Shown here: positions 46,335-55,497 of the stretch, one piece after another | Numbering within the stretch: position 1 is the first letter of the stretch | Layout: every line of letters starts with the position of its first letter | Source: a virus | Taxonomy: Duplodnaviria; Caudoviricetes | Virus record (IMG/VR): IMGVR_UViG_3300005529_000040 | Span: 1 to 60,892 of that record | Direction: 5' to 3' (one strand) | Length of the DNA stretch: 60,892 nt | The notes under the pieces: model-generated | Databases searched by the model: none | Told to the model about the DNA's origin: nothing | The model's input: the letters and a program-made list of their open reading frames with translations, nothing else | Made by a program: the position numbers and the translations under genes

Positions 46335-48693
46335 GTGATCCTCCCGGCTGCGCCGCGGGCCCGCCTGGGATATGGATCGCGTCAGGGCTGCCTTCCGGTT
46401 TAATCACGTTGCTGCCGGCGGCGATGTCCTGTGTCTGTGCAGACGTGCCGAGCCTCGGATCAGGAACTTCGGATCCATCAGGAGTGGCGCCAGGTACGCT
46501 AGAGGCATTGTTCGACTGAGCTCCCGCCTGAGCACCGATCTGCGCCTGTCCGCTGGAAAGCTCCTCGTCTTCCGGAGTATCAGGCAATCCCATGCCGGCC
46601 AAAGCCATTTGTCGAGCCACAATATCCGTGACGGTATTTGCAATGTGCTCGTACCAGACCTGTTGGCGCTCTTCCGGCAGCTCGCGGAACTCATCCGTCT
46701 TCGCAAAGTCGGTGTGCATCATGAGATGCACTTTTGAGTTGTCGACCATCGGCCGGACTTGCGGCATGAACGATATATCTTCGAGGAACTGATCCTGTTC
46801 CTTCGCGGCGTCCTCAATGTCGATGTTCTTCGAACCCAAGAGATCCATTTCGCCGTACGCTTTGAGAATGTTGAAGCGCGTTTCTTCGTCTGCCGCAGGA
46901 TTGACCACGCCAAGCTGCACAAGCTGGGCGATGGTCGCGCGTTCGGTGGCGTTCGACTTCGGGAACATCCCGTTGTAGTCGATGATCAAGTTCACTGCTC
47001 CCTGGAGATCGGCCTTCGTAAACTTGGAGACCTGCCATTTGCGATTCTTGCCGGCAATCACGCGAATTCTCTCTTCATCCCAATTCTCGCGAGCAATCTC
47101 AAGCGCGAACAGCTCAAAATTGCGCCAGCCTTTTGCATATTCGCTCATCAGCGGCGACATGGACTTCTGCGCGCGCTCGCCGAGGTAAGCCAGTGCCGAA
47201 GCTGCGGTCACTCCTGGGGGAGTATCGCCGCCTTGCAAGAAGAATGTTCCGCCGACGCGCTCGATCGAGTCATCGATCTTGGCGATCAGCATGATCAAAG
47301 GTTGCAAGTTACTCAGCTCAGCAGGAATACGCTCGGGTTTGGCAAACTGTCCGCCGGCGCCCGCGGGAATCGCGTTGTACTTGACTTCCTGTCCAGGCTC
47401 GCCGGTGATGATGTCCGTTCCGGACCCTTTCGGAATCAGCCAGATCGGATTGCCCATTCTCTGTGCAGTCAGACGCAAGTTCGCTTCGACTGTGTTGCGG
47501 AAAATTTGCAAGGGAATGAGATCGTCCAAGCGCGTTTTGCGCCAGAACCGGCCGGGAACTTTGTCGAATCCGAAATGGACGAGCGGAAGGAAATATTGTC
47601 CCTTCTTAATTCCTGCTCCGTATTTCGTAGTGAGTGGTCCAGCCTCTACCACAGCCTGAGAATTGGCTCCAAGGCGTACAGCACGAAGTCCCTGAGGAAA
47701 TTTTTTGCTCGGTAGTTCATAGAATTCATAAGCGGTCACCTTTGGGTTTTTGGGCGCAGCCGGTCCGCCGCCGATGAAGCCTCCGGAAGCGCTAAAACTC
47801 GACGTGACGTGCGCCAGGACATCGAGATAATACTGCGAGAGATCATTTCCCCAATCGGCTTGGATAACCTTGGCGAATTCTGGCCAACGCTCTTTGGCAT
47901 AGTCCAGATCGTACCGACGCTGGCGCACAAACCGACGCTGGTTCTTCATGTCGGTGATGCGATGGTCCAAACGAATCTCAAAGGGTGAGCAGACATCAGC
48001 TTGAATCGCGCCGATCGGATACTGATCTCCAAGGGGCGCACCTTTTTCGTCTGTCGCTGGCTCGATGTCTTGGTGAAAGTCGCCTTGCTCTGCACAGACT
48101 GGACAGCTTCCCTCGGACTCGGCGAGCTCCTCTGGCTTCATGACGTTCCCGCAATGTGTGCAGGATTGGAACTGAACGAACGTCGTGCCAAAGTCGTCGG
48201 ACATGTTGTAGTGCGGAAGGAGAAATACATTCCCGGTTGCAATCAGCCAGCCAGCGAGATCCGTCTCCTTGTCATCGATCTGCGCTTCGGTGTAAATGAC
48301 TTCTCGAAGGCGATCGCCAACTTTGGCTGTGGCTTCGTCAGCCGGATCTTTGGTCGCAGGCTGATAGACGATCGGCACGCGATGCCCTTGGACAAGCTGC
48401 GCCACGATGTCGTTGTACTTTTCCTGAATCTTGTTGGTCTGGGCGCGTGGGAACCAGGCAGGCAATGCACGAGGTCGCCAGCGACCTCTTTCGTAAATTA
48501 CCCATTGTTGCCCGGCCAGGAACAAGATGTTTCTAAACCACTCCCTCTCGAAGAGGGACCTTTGAAAGCGATCAATCGAGAGTGCGCGATCAATGCGAGC
48601 ACTGATTGCCTGGACGTCTTCGTAAGGATCTTTCCCTTGTTCAGCGTCTTCGTCTAATTGTTCATCATCAGGATTGTCGACGTATTCGGCCAT
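46324..48693 (-). CDS. Portal protein
   Basis: W..N..FL.GQQW, NKI, GN..L, V.SPF, P.WL.P.GS, GV.AASA; downstream of TerL. Confidence 0.85.
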   Translation of the reverse strand: MAEYVDNPDDEQLDEDAEQGKDPYEDVQAISARIDRALSIDRFQRSLFEREWFRNILFLAGQQWVIYERGRWRPRALPAWFPRAQTNKIQEKYNDIVAQLVQGHRVPIVYQPATKDPADEATAKVGDRLREVIYTEAQIDDKETDLAGWLIATGNVFLLPHYNMSDDFGTTFVQFQSCTHCGNVMKPEELAESEGSCPVCAEQGDFHQDIEPATDEKGAPLGDQYPIGAIQADVCSPFEIRLDHRITDMKNQRRFVRQRRYDLDYAKERWPEFAKVIQADWGNDLSQYYLDVLAHVTSSFSASGGFIGGGPAAPKNPKVTAYEFYELPSKKFPQGLRAVRLGANSQAVVEAGPLTTKYGAGIKKGQYFLPLVHFGFDKVPGRFWRKTRLDDLIPLQIFRNTVEANLRLTAQRMGNPIWLIPKGSGTDIITGEPGQEVKYNAIPAGAGGQFAKPERIPAELSNLQPLIMLIAKIDDSIERVGGTFFLQGGDTPPGVTAASALAYLGERAQKSMSPLMSEYAKGWRNFELFALEIARENWDEERIRVIAGKNRKWQVSKFTKADLQGAVNLIIDYNGMFPKSNATERATIAQLVQLGVVNPAADEETRFNILKAYGEMDLLGSKNIDIEDAAKEQDQFLEDISFMPQVRPMVDNSKVHLMMHTDFAKTDEFRELPEERQQVWYEHIANTVTDIVARQMALAGMGLPDTPEDEELSSGQAQIGAQAGAQSNNASSVPGATPDGSEVPDPRLGTSAQTQDIAAGSNVIKPEGSPDAIHIPGGPAAQPGGSLAA

Positions 48694-48735
48694 TCGGCGG
48701 CGCCTTCAAAAAGAAAAACTTCATGATAATTATAG

Positions 48736-49170
48736 TTATTTCTGTGCAGAAGCATTTTTGAGCTCTTCGAGCATTTGATCGCTCGCTTCCTTCAGCTCGT
48801 CAGTGAGCTCAAGCCCAGCATCGTCATAGAGGGTGTTCATGGTCTCACCGTACAGCTCGCCGAGCTCTTTCTCGCGCTCTTTCCAACGTTCCTCGGCCTT
48901 TTTCTCGCGCTCGGACGCTTCCTTCCGCCCGATCGACGTGACTTCCGGCAGGCCAGTGCTGGTCATGAAAGCGTCAAGCTGATGGTCCGCACGTTCCTGG
49001 GCTTCCTCGAATTTCTTGCGATAGAATTCGATCTCGCTGTAGGCTTTGTCGGCACGCTCTTTCTGCACAGCAAGACGCTCCTCGAGCGCGACAAGCTTCT
49101 GTGCAGCTAACTGTTCCTGCAAAGCCATTTCCTGAGCGGTTAAGATGGTGTAGCCGAAAAGTTTCCTCAT
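48736..49170 (-). CDS. Coiled-coil protein
   Basis: AAGGA RBS. Confidence 0.6.
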   Translation of the reverse strand: MRKLFGYTILTAQEMALQEQLAAQKLVALEERLAVQKERADKAYSEIEFYRKKFEEAQERADHQLDAFMTSTGLPEVTSIGRKEASEREKKAEERWKEREKELGELYGETMNTLYDDAGLELTDELKEASDQMLEELKNASAQK

Positions 49171-49328
49171 TGAATTTCCTTTCCACAAAAAACACAGCTG
49201 GTTGTCCACGTGGGTTCGGGTTTGGTCCACCAATAGATTGCTCCGATGACGTGAGGCAGTCCGTAATTCGGATGCTGGCCATCACGACCGCCGGCTCTGC
49301 ACAGATCAGGAGTTTTGCGTTCTGCCAT
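49167..49328 (-). CDS. Small Cys/His protein (53 aa)
   Basis: Overlaps the TerL stop and the next start; CVFC. Confidence 0.45.
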   Translation of the reverse strand: MAERKTPDLCRAGGRDGQHPNYGLPHVIGAIYWWTKPEPTWTTSCVFCGKEIQ

Positions 49329-50959
49329 TAGTATTCTGACTTTCCGGCGTATTCGTGCCTGAGGCTGTCGTCACTGATGGGCATCTCATTGATTTCGTCG
49401 AGATCGGCTTCGCGAAGAGCGGCGCCGCCGCTGCGTCGATACTGACGTTCGTGAATGCGTTTGTCGAGGGCCCGCATTTCGCGCGCGCTCAGGGGATCCT
49501 TTTCAGCCATCTGTTGATACTTCTCATCGATCGGATCCGGTTTGATTTTGTTAGCTGACGGACGGGTCATGGCCAGATAGCGAAACGCATCGCAGGTATC
49601 CCAGCGCGCAGTGTTCGATTTGTACGGCGTGTCGACTTTGTCCGGATCCCATTTGTAAGTGTCGTGCTCGCGGATGAACTGTTCGAATGTGTTGAACACG
49701 AACGCCTTTGGAGCGCCGAGGAAACGGAACTTCTGGAACTGTTCGTTCGGCTGCGTCTCGCTATACCAATCGGGCAAGTGCCGGCCCTTCTGGACGTGCA
49801 GATATCCGTTAGCTTGCAGAATGCCTGGCACAACTTCCTTGCGTGCGATCTGGCAATGGATGCCGTAGTCCTGGGCGAGTTCGACCATCGCAACTTTGTT
49901 CTCCCAGTCCATGACGAACGTGGTGCGCGCATCGTCCCAAGGCAGATGAGTCTTGATCCAATTCGCAATTTCGCTTACGCGGCCGGTGCGTTTGGTGAGC
50001 CCCTGAACGACGATGATGTTGTTGTCGTCGTCAATATAGCCAGGCACCACGGCCCAGGGAGAATCTCCTCCCACGTCGATCGAGACCACCAGAGGCCAGT
50101 GCTTCGGAATGTCAAACGGTTCGATAATGTGAACGGACCGGAACTGCTTGTCGCGCAGTCCGCCGTCGAACGACTTGTAAATCTTGCCGTGGAAGTCGTC
50201 GAACGAACAGTAGACGTAGCGCTCGACCCACTCCTTGTCCCAAGCCGCGATGTTCGCGTCGAAGAACGCGTCCTCGATGAACCCGCCGTTCGAGACGCGA
50301 TTTTCTTCTGAGTTCATGGCGACGCCGAGGAAATCCCCTGAGCGGAACGCCTGATAAAACTTCCCATTGAGCGGGAGCGCTTTTCCTTCCTTGTCCCGGG
50401 GCCACGGCTTGAACCGAGTAAAGAACATTTCCCAGATCCAGTCATGTCCGTTCGGGTTCGCAGCGACGAAACCAAATTTCTTGGGGGCGCGAATGAGACG
50501 AAGACGAGACGTCATCGCGTTCCAGTGATCGATCGTGCATTCTTCAGCCTGGTCGATGAAAAACCACCCCAGGTTGGCGCCCAGACGACGCGTTTTTGTC
50601 ATTGCTTTCGCGTCATGCAAGTGTCGGAACATGATGATCGAGCCGTTACGCAGCAGGACCGTCCGATTGCGCTTGTTGAAACTCTTGATCCACGACGGCG
50701 GGCACAATTCGAAGAACGTGATCATCGTGGACTCTTCAAGATCTGTGCCGTGATAGCGCAAAATCATCCCGACGTTGCCAGGAATACGCGCTGAAAGAAT
50801 CAGGCCTTTGATAACGCCAGCGTGCGTCTTGCCGCAGGCGAATCCACCATCCAAAGCAGAGAACCGTTCGGGCGCAAAGATGAATTCGCGTTGGGACGCG
50901 AGGAATTCACCAAAACGAGACGAAAGCTCGTGCTTTTGAATCGGCGTGGAGTTGAACAC
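49328..50959 (-). CDS. terL: Terminase large subunit
   Basis: GGFACGKT, FIDQAEE, AANP..HDW, SIDVG, D..DA.RY. Confidence 0.93.
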   Translation of the reverse strand: MFNSTPIQKHELSSRFGEFLASQREFIFAPERFSALDGGFACGKTHAGVIKGLILSARIPGNVGMILRYHGTDLEESTMITFFELCPPSWIKSFNKRNRTVLLRNGSIIMFRHLHDAKAMTKTRRLGANLGWFFIDQAEECTIDHWNAMTSRLRLIRAPKKFGFVAANPNGHDWIWEMFFTRFKPWPRDKEGKALPLNGKFYQAFRSGDFLGVAMNSEENRVSNGGFIEDAFFDANIAAWDKEWVERYVYCSFDDFHGKIYKSFDGGLRDKQFRSVHIIEPFDIPKHWPLVVSIDVGGDSPWAVVPGYIDDDNNIIVVQGLTKRTGRVSEIANWIKTHLPWDDARTTFVMDWENKVAMVELAQDYGIHCQIARKEVVPGILQANGYLHVQKGRHLPDWYSETQPNEQFQKFRFLGAPKAFVFNTFEQFIREHDTYKWDPDKVDTPYKSNTARWDTCDAFRYLAMTRPSANKIKPDPIDEKYQQMAEKDPLSAREMRALDKRIHERQYRRSGGAALREADLDEINEMPISDDSLRHEYAGKSEY

Positions 50960-50993
50960 GCTCCAATTTTATTTGAATTTTGCGAACTCGGTT

Positions 50994-51254
50994 TTAGTGC
51001 CGGACGCTTCCGAACCCACCATGACTGTGCAGCAAGCTATTCGCCGGCGTCGGTTGCGTCGGAAACTTCGGCAAGGGAGACAACTGAGGTCCCAAGCTCG
51101 ATTTCGGCATGCTGGCGTTCATTCTGGGCATCGATTCGCCGCCGTGCGAGGGCATTCTGAGCTTCGGAGGCGCAATCGCGTTGCCTGATTTGGCTGCGCG
51201 CGGTAGCAGCGAGTTGATTGAAGTCCGCGGATGAAGTGCGTCGTTTCCGAACAT
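50994..51254 (-). CDS. Small Pro-rich protein ending GFGSVRH
   Basis: Packed ORF. Confidence 0.55.
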   Translation of the reverse strand: MFGNDALHPRTSINSLLPRAAKSGNAIAPPKLRMPSHGGESMPRMNASMPKSSLGPQLSPLPKFPTQPTPANSLLHSHGGFGSVRH

Positions 51255-51263
51255 AGGAATATT

Positions 51264-51491
51264 TTACGACATTCGACGAACGCCGTTTAATCCTGAGGCG
51301 TTTCCGGCCTTAGCCCCAGGATTTCCGCGGAGTCCCACGGTAGGAGGTGAACCGTTGCCGGACCGCGCCTTCTGTGCGCGTAACATTTGCACGAGATCGC
51401 GCACAGCAAAACCACTTGGCAAGCCCTGGCCGCTATGAGGATATCCACCCATGCCTTCGGTGGCTTCCATGAAGTAATCAGGAGCCGACAT
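51264..51491 (-). CDS. Small Gly-rich protein ending GLNGVRRMS
   Basis: Packed ORF. Confidence 0.55.
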   Translation of the reverse strand: MSAPDYFMEATEGMGGYPHSGQGLPSGFAVRDLVQMLRAQKARSGNGSPPTVGLRGNPGAKAGNASGLNGVRRMS

Positions 51492-51664
51492 TACAGCTTT
51501 GCTTTCAAAGCTGCCAGCTTCGCCTCGGCCAGCTTTATCGCATGCTCGACGCCGAAGAGTTTCTCTTCGAGCAGATCGAACAGGTTGTACTGAAAATGAT
51601 ACTCAGCGTAGCTGGTTGCGATTCCACCCAGCACCAAAAGGACGATTGCGCCAATGATCGACAT
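51491..51664 (-). CDS. Small membrane protein (57 aa)
   Basis: MSIIGAIVLLVLGG TM plus coiled coil; GAGG RBS. Confidence 0.6.
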   Translation of the reverse strand: MSIIGAIVLLVLGGIATSYAEYHFQYNLFDLLEEKLFGVEHAIKLAEAKLAALKAKL

Positions 51665-51665
51665 G

Positions 51666-51947
51666 TTATTTCCTCACTTGAGAAAGTCCACTGCTGCCTA
51701 ACGGTTTCATCCACTCTTGCAACGTCGCGTCCGGAATCCGGTGCTCGCCCTTAATTGGCGGGTGCGGACTGGTCACGCGCGTCAATGGGTTCAAATCGTA
51801 CGGAGGCTTCGTCTGCACAGGAGCTGGAGCGTTCTGGGCTTGGATGTTCTGCTTGATCGCTTTCGAAGACTCGAGAGCTTCATCGCCGATGCCTGCGACA
51901 CCTTTGACCTGGTTGACGTAATTCCGGATCGAATCGAGCGCGCTCAT
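51666..51947 (-). CDS. Small protein ending GLSQVRK
   Basis: GAGGT RBS. Confidence 0.6.
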   Translation of the reverse strand: MSALDSIRNYVNQVKGVAGIGDEALESSKAIKQNIQAQNAPAPVQTKPPYDLNPLTRVTSPHPPIKGEHRIPDATLQEWMKPLGSSGLSQVRK

Positions 51948-51949
51948 TG

Positions 51950-52288
51950 CTACCTCACCGAGTCGCCGGTATACCCGAGCGGCGGTGCGCCGATCCCGCC
52001 TCCACCGATGTCTGGGGATTTACCCAAAGGGGTGGCAGTATGGCGCGCGCGTAGCGCCGTTATCAATGACGCGATCCCGTCGCCGACTTTGGGTTGCTGC
52101 ACGCCACTGAAGCCAGGACCTTGCGCGGCAACCGGCTGGCCTGTGGCTTGCGCTGGAGAAAGTTGCTGCGGTGCATAGGCGTCGGCCGCGGTGCCGGCCA
52201 TCTGTAGGCCCTTTTGCACGGTCGGGTTGCTGGCGACTGAGCCAATTTTGCTTGCGACGTTTTCGAGTCCTGATAAGAAGGCGCCCAT
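51950..52288 (-). CDS. Small Gly/Pro-rich protein ending GDSVR
   Basis: Packed ORF. Confidence 0.6.
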   Translation of the reverse strand: MGAFLSGLENVASKIGSVASNPTVQKGLQMAGTAADAYAPQQLSPAQATGQPVAAQGPGFSGVQQPKVGDGIASLITALRARHTATPLGKSPDIGGGGIGAPPLGYTGDSVR

Positions 52289-52300
52289 AATGAGACAATT

Positions 52301-52978
52301 CTACTCTTTTTCGTCTTCGTCGGAATCTTCGTCCTGTTCAAGGAGCTTCATGTTGTCGGTGAACTCACCGGCTGGGGTTTCGCCTACGACATTGTCGCCC
52401 AGACCCATGTTGTCCAGGCCTTGCTTGAGATTCACGATCGGCAGCTCGGTGGGTTTGTTGTTCTCGGAGACGTTCTTCGAGCCAAAGCCGAATGCTGTCG
52501 CGAGGATCTTGGCGGCAAGAGCTTTTTCGCGAGGGCTTCCGTTGTAATAGTCGTTCCACAGGGAAGCGACGAAACGTTTCTTGGCATCGTCGTCCAGGCC
52601 GATGCGGTTGAGCATTCGCTGAACGGCCGCTTGGATCGCAGGGTGCGAACGCCAATAATGCGCGAGCGTCGCCTGGTCCAGGGCAGACTTGCCTTTGGCG
52701 ATTTCGGCCGCGGCGCCTTGGTAGTTGAACGTGTGCTTGTACACGATGTCGGCGATGTGATCAGCAACCGCATCGTCTTCGACGTTGTACTCGTCTGTGA
52801 TTTTCTTCAGCTGCACAGGAGAGATGCGCGGATAGGCTTCGACCAGGGGCATTGTGGGCCGGGCGCGCTTCTTTCCTGTCGGGGCGGGCTGTTCGGGCTC
52901 ATCGAGCACGCGAGCGTTCTTCTGGGCCTCGCGGTAGTGCTTGTTGTATTCGCGCTTCGCGTCACCTTGTAAAGGCAT
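52301..52978 (-). CDS. Putative terminase small subunit
   Basis: FNY..AA HTH-like region, L..P.IQ.A, K..A.KILA helices; upstream of TerL. Confidence 0.6.
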   Translation of the reverse strand: MPLQGDAKREYNKHYREAQKNARVLDEPEQPAPTGKKRARPTMPLVEAYPRISPVQLKKITDEYNVEDDAVADHIADIVYKHTFNYQGAAAEIAKGKSALDQATLAHYWRSHPAIQAAVQRMLNRIGLDDDAKKRFVASLWNDYYNGSPREKALAAKILATAFGFGSKNVSENNKPTELPIVNLKQGLDNMGLGDNVVGETPAGEFTDNMKLLEQDEDSDEDEKE

Positions 52979-53363
52979 AGTCCCTTATCAGGAGGCCGCA
53001 TCGACATTCACGTACGTCTTTGTCGAAATGCGGAAGGAAATCGTGTTTGGGGCACGAAGCAACGCTGTTGTTGAGCTCGACTACTTCGTCAAAGTTCGTC
53101 TGCATCCAGACGCAGAAGTCAAGAGGGTACGGCATTTCTATTGTCGGCTTGTTCGTGTCGGCATAGACGCGCGGCTTGCGATTGTTCGCATTGCCGTCTG
53201 GTTTGCGCTTGTCAAAGGCTGGGGCAGGCGCTTGTGAAACCGGATTGAGCGTTGTTCCGAACATTTGCTCGATTTTAGCAAGACAGTCGATCCGATGTTT
53301 GTCCACGAACTTGAACGGACAGTCACACTCTGGAAGGCGGGTATCAGTCTCCGGTGATTTCAT
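52962..53363 (-). CDS. Cys/His-rich hypothetical protein
   Basis: CDC...H..C and C.KH...C.C motifs. Confidence 0.5.
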   Translation of the reverse strand: MKSPETDTRLPECDCPFKFVDKHRIDCLAKIEQMFGTTLNPVSQAPAPAFDKRKPDGNANNRKPRVYADTNKPTIEMPYPLDFCVWMQTNFDEVVELNNSVASCPKHDFLPHFDKDVRECRCGLLIRDYAFTR

Positions 53364-53514
53364 CGCGCTCTTGCTCGAGGACGAGGATCTCGAGCTCGAT
53401 CGTCGAGATGTCCTCGCCTTCGGCGTATGCCTTCTGGAAATCAGATTTGAGCAAGCGTATCTGGTCGTCGATGACGGCGACACGTTCGCGCTGCGCTTTA
53501 GTCAGTCTCGCCAT
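53344..53514 (-). CDS. Small acidic coiled-coil protein (56 aa)
   Basis: AGGGG RBS. Confidence 0.5.
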   Translation of the reverse strand: MARLTKAQRERVAVIDDQIRLLKSDFQKAYAEGEDISTIELEILVLEQERDEITGD

Positions 53515-53809
53515 TGGTAGCCCCTGAAGCTGTTGGCTGCGTCTCAGTCTGTGCAGCTACTTGTTCGTTGGCTGCTTTCGCTTCGGCAGTGGTCGGGCTC
53601 GCCTCTGGAGTCGGATTCTCCAAGACAGCTGACGCGAGGTACTCAGTGTCGTGATCTTCAAGAGCTTCGCAAAACAGCTTCGCGTACTCTTCGGCTTCGG
53701 TGCGCGTGCCCTTGAAGTCCAGGTTGAAGCGTTGGACGCCTTGAGTAAGTTGAACGGTATGGCTCCAGGTCGGATCACCTGAGCCGGATTGGATGATGCT
53801 GACTTTCAT
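53498..53809 (-). CDS. Hypothetical protein
   Basis: AGGAG RBS; ATGA overlap. Confidence 0.6.
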   Translation of the reverse strand: MKVSIIQSGSGDPTWSHTVQLTQGVQRFNLDFKGTRTEAEEYAKLFCEALEDHDTEYLASAVLENPTPEASPTTAEAKAANEQVAAQTETQPTASGATNGETD

Positions 53810-54060
53810 TGTTGTTCTCCTATAAAACGGTCGAATGTTTCGAGCACGATTTTGCGTACGTGCTCGCGCCCCAGACGTTTGAATTCTTCTTGAGCAATGT
53901 GTTCAACCATGTGTCGCACGTACTCCAGATAGTGCTTCCACACAGCATCGATCAGGGAGTGTGTTTTTGGTTCCGGCCGGCCTGAGATCTCGCGAAACGC
54001 TTTGACTGCTTCTTCAGCAGCCTGCTTGAACGTTTGCAGCGCCTCGTCAGGAATGTTCAT
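53806..54060 (-). CDS. Hypothetical protein
   Basis: GGAG RBS; ATGA overlaps. Confidence 0.6.
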   Translation of the reverse strand: MNIPDEALQTFKQAAEEAVKAFREISGRPEPKTHSLIDAVWKHYLEYVRHMVEHIAQEEFKRLGREHVRKIVLETFDRFIGEQQ

Positions 54061-54395
54061 TTGGGCTCCACCTTCTTGACATGGACGTTTTCACAGTCAA
54101 CGTGGCGCGTGATCACGTAGCTGCAGCCCGGGCCTTCGAGCTGGACCGTAAAGCCGGAGCAGACGAGTTTCTCGCCGATGGGACCTCGGCACTCGGTTGT
54201 CGGCGTCAGGTCGATCGCCTTGACGTGGCATTGCGCGGGATCCTTAAGCTGCACAGAGGTGATGCAGGCCCGCGGAATGACGCGCTCGAGCACGGTCACG
54301 GCTTGTGGGAGCGGGGCGCCGACTGGCTCCTGGGCGCCGGCGAGGGACGTCAGAATGATCAGGGCGAGGATGAGGGCTCGGATCATGATCCCCAT
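54057..54395 (-). CDS. Secreted Cys-rich protein
   Basis: Signal peptide MIRALILALIILTSLAGA; six Cys. Confidence 0.55.
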   Translation of the reverse strand: MGIMIRALILALIILTSLAGAQEPVGAPLPQAVTVLERVIPRACITSVQLKDPAQCHVKAIDLTPTTECRGPIGEKLVCSGFTVQLEGPGCSYVITRHVDCENVHVKKVEPK

Positions 54396-54477
54396 CCCAA
54401 GGTGATAACGAATGCGATGAATGCGAACGCTAATGCGACGCCTTCGATCGCCTCTTTCAGGTTTGGACCGATTTCGA

Positions 54478-54738
54478 TCATACGAGCGGACGCTCCCCGA
54501 TGTTGCCGCCGGCGCTCTGCGCAGACTCGGGTAGCAAGTCGTTCTCATGTGTCTTTGGTGCGAACGTGAGGGAGAGCTCAACGCCGTCGTCGGCAATGGT
54601 GTTGGCGAACTCAGCTAACCATGCCGTCGGGCGCTCGGCGCGCGCAAGGATCCGGAGGAGGGTTTCCTCGTGGTTCGATTCGGAGACTAAACCGATGACG
54701 ATTTTGCCATCAGAATGCAATCTTGATGTCACCTTCAT
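54478..54738 (-). CDS. Hypothetical protein
   Basis: AAGGA RBS; first gene after the leftward promoter. Confidence 0.55.
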   Translation of the reverse strand: MKVTSRLHSDGKIVIGLVSESNHEETLLRILARAERPTAWLAEFANTIADDGVELSLTFAPKTHENDLLPESAQSAGGNIGERPLV

Positions 54739-54823
54739 GGAGAAATTCCTTTGGGAAGTTTGAGACGGCGGGTCCATACCCGACCCAGGGCATGTCCCGC
54801 CTGGTCTTTACTTGATTGTGTGA

Positions 54824-54862
54824 ATTATACCGAATTACTGGCAATTTGTCAATCTGGCACAG
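54824..54862 (-). promoter_or_regulatory. Sigma70 consensus promoter for the leftward arm with CTGTGCCAGA box
   Basis: TTGACA, 17 bp spacer, TATAAT on the minus strand; 30 bp identical to 8716-8745. Confidence 0.85.
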
Positions 54863-55018
54863 GTCTGCACAGACAGGAGACCAAATGGGCGCATATGTTG
54901 TTGAAAACAGGCGCTTAGGCCCGAGACCCTCAAAATTCCATTTTTGCGCTACAGTGAGCATCCGGCAAATTTCACCTTACCGGGGTCTTCCGGCCCTCCC
55001 CGGTATGGTCTCGAGCTC

Positions 55019-55113
55019 TAAGTGATTGATAGCTTCGCCGACTGATCGCCCCAAAACCGGGCCCTAAACAGTGGTCATTTCGTGGTCACTGAATACCACA
55101 TAAGCTATTGATA
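55019..55113 (-). promoter_or_regulatory. Two IHF consensus sites
   Basis: TATCAATCACTTA (55019-55031) and TATCAATAGCTTA (55101-55113) both match WATCAANNNNTTR. Confidence 0.6.
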
Positions 55114-55162
55114 ACACAAGCGGTTAGTTAGGCACGCTATCTAACAACCGGACTGGCGACCG

Positions 55163-55254
55163 ACCGACTGGTCGGTGAGTGTGTCAAATTTGACACGTTC
55201 AAAATCTGAACACAATCCATCCAGCGGCGAGGTTACTGTGTCACTTCTGACACA
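55163..55254. promoter_or_regulatory. Cluster of operator-like palindromes
   Basis: ACCGACtgGTCGGT, GTGTCAAATTTGACAC, GTTCAaaatcTGAAC, TGTGTCActtcTGACACA. Confidence 0.65.
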
Positions 55255-55497
55255 CTTTCACGGAATTGCCAGATATCTTAGGCAATTATGGGTGTTTGAC
55301 CGTGTTTTGCCCAGCATATTAGCGTATTAGATTGTCGGGAGGTGTCACACGCTAAAATGGAAAGTATTTTCCCTGTGCATAGGAATTAACTTTCCGTGTT
55401 CCCATCGGTCGCAGTCCTAAGCGCTTGCGCTGCAACAGTGTCACTTTGGCAAATTGCTTGCAATTACCCAGAGCAAGCGCACGGAGGCGCGAATACA

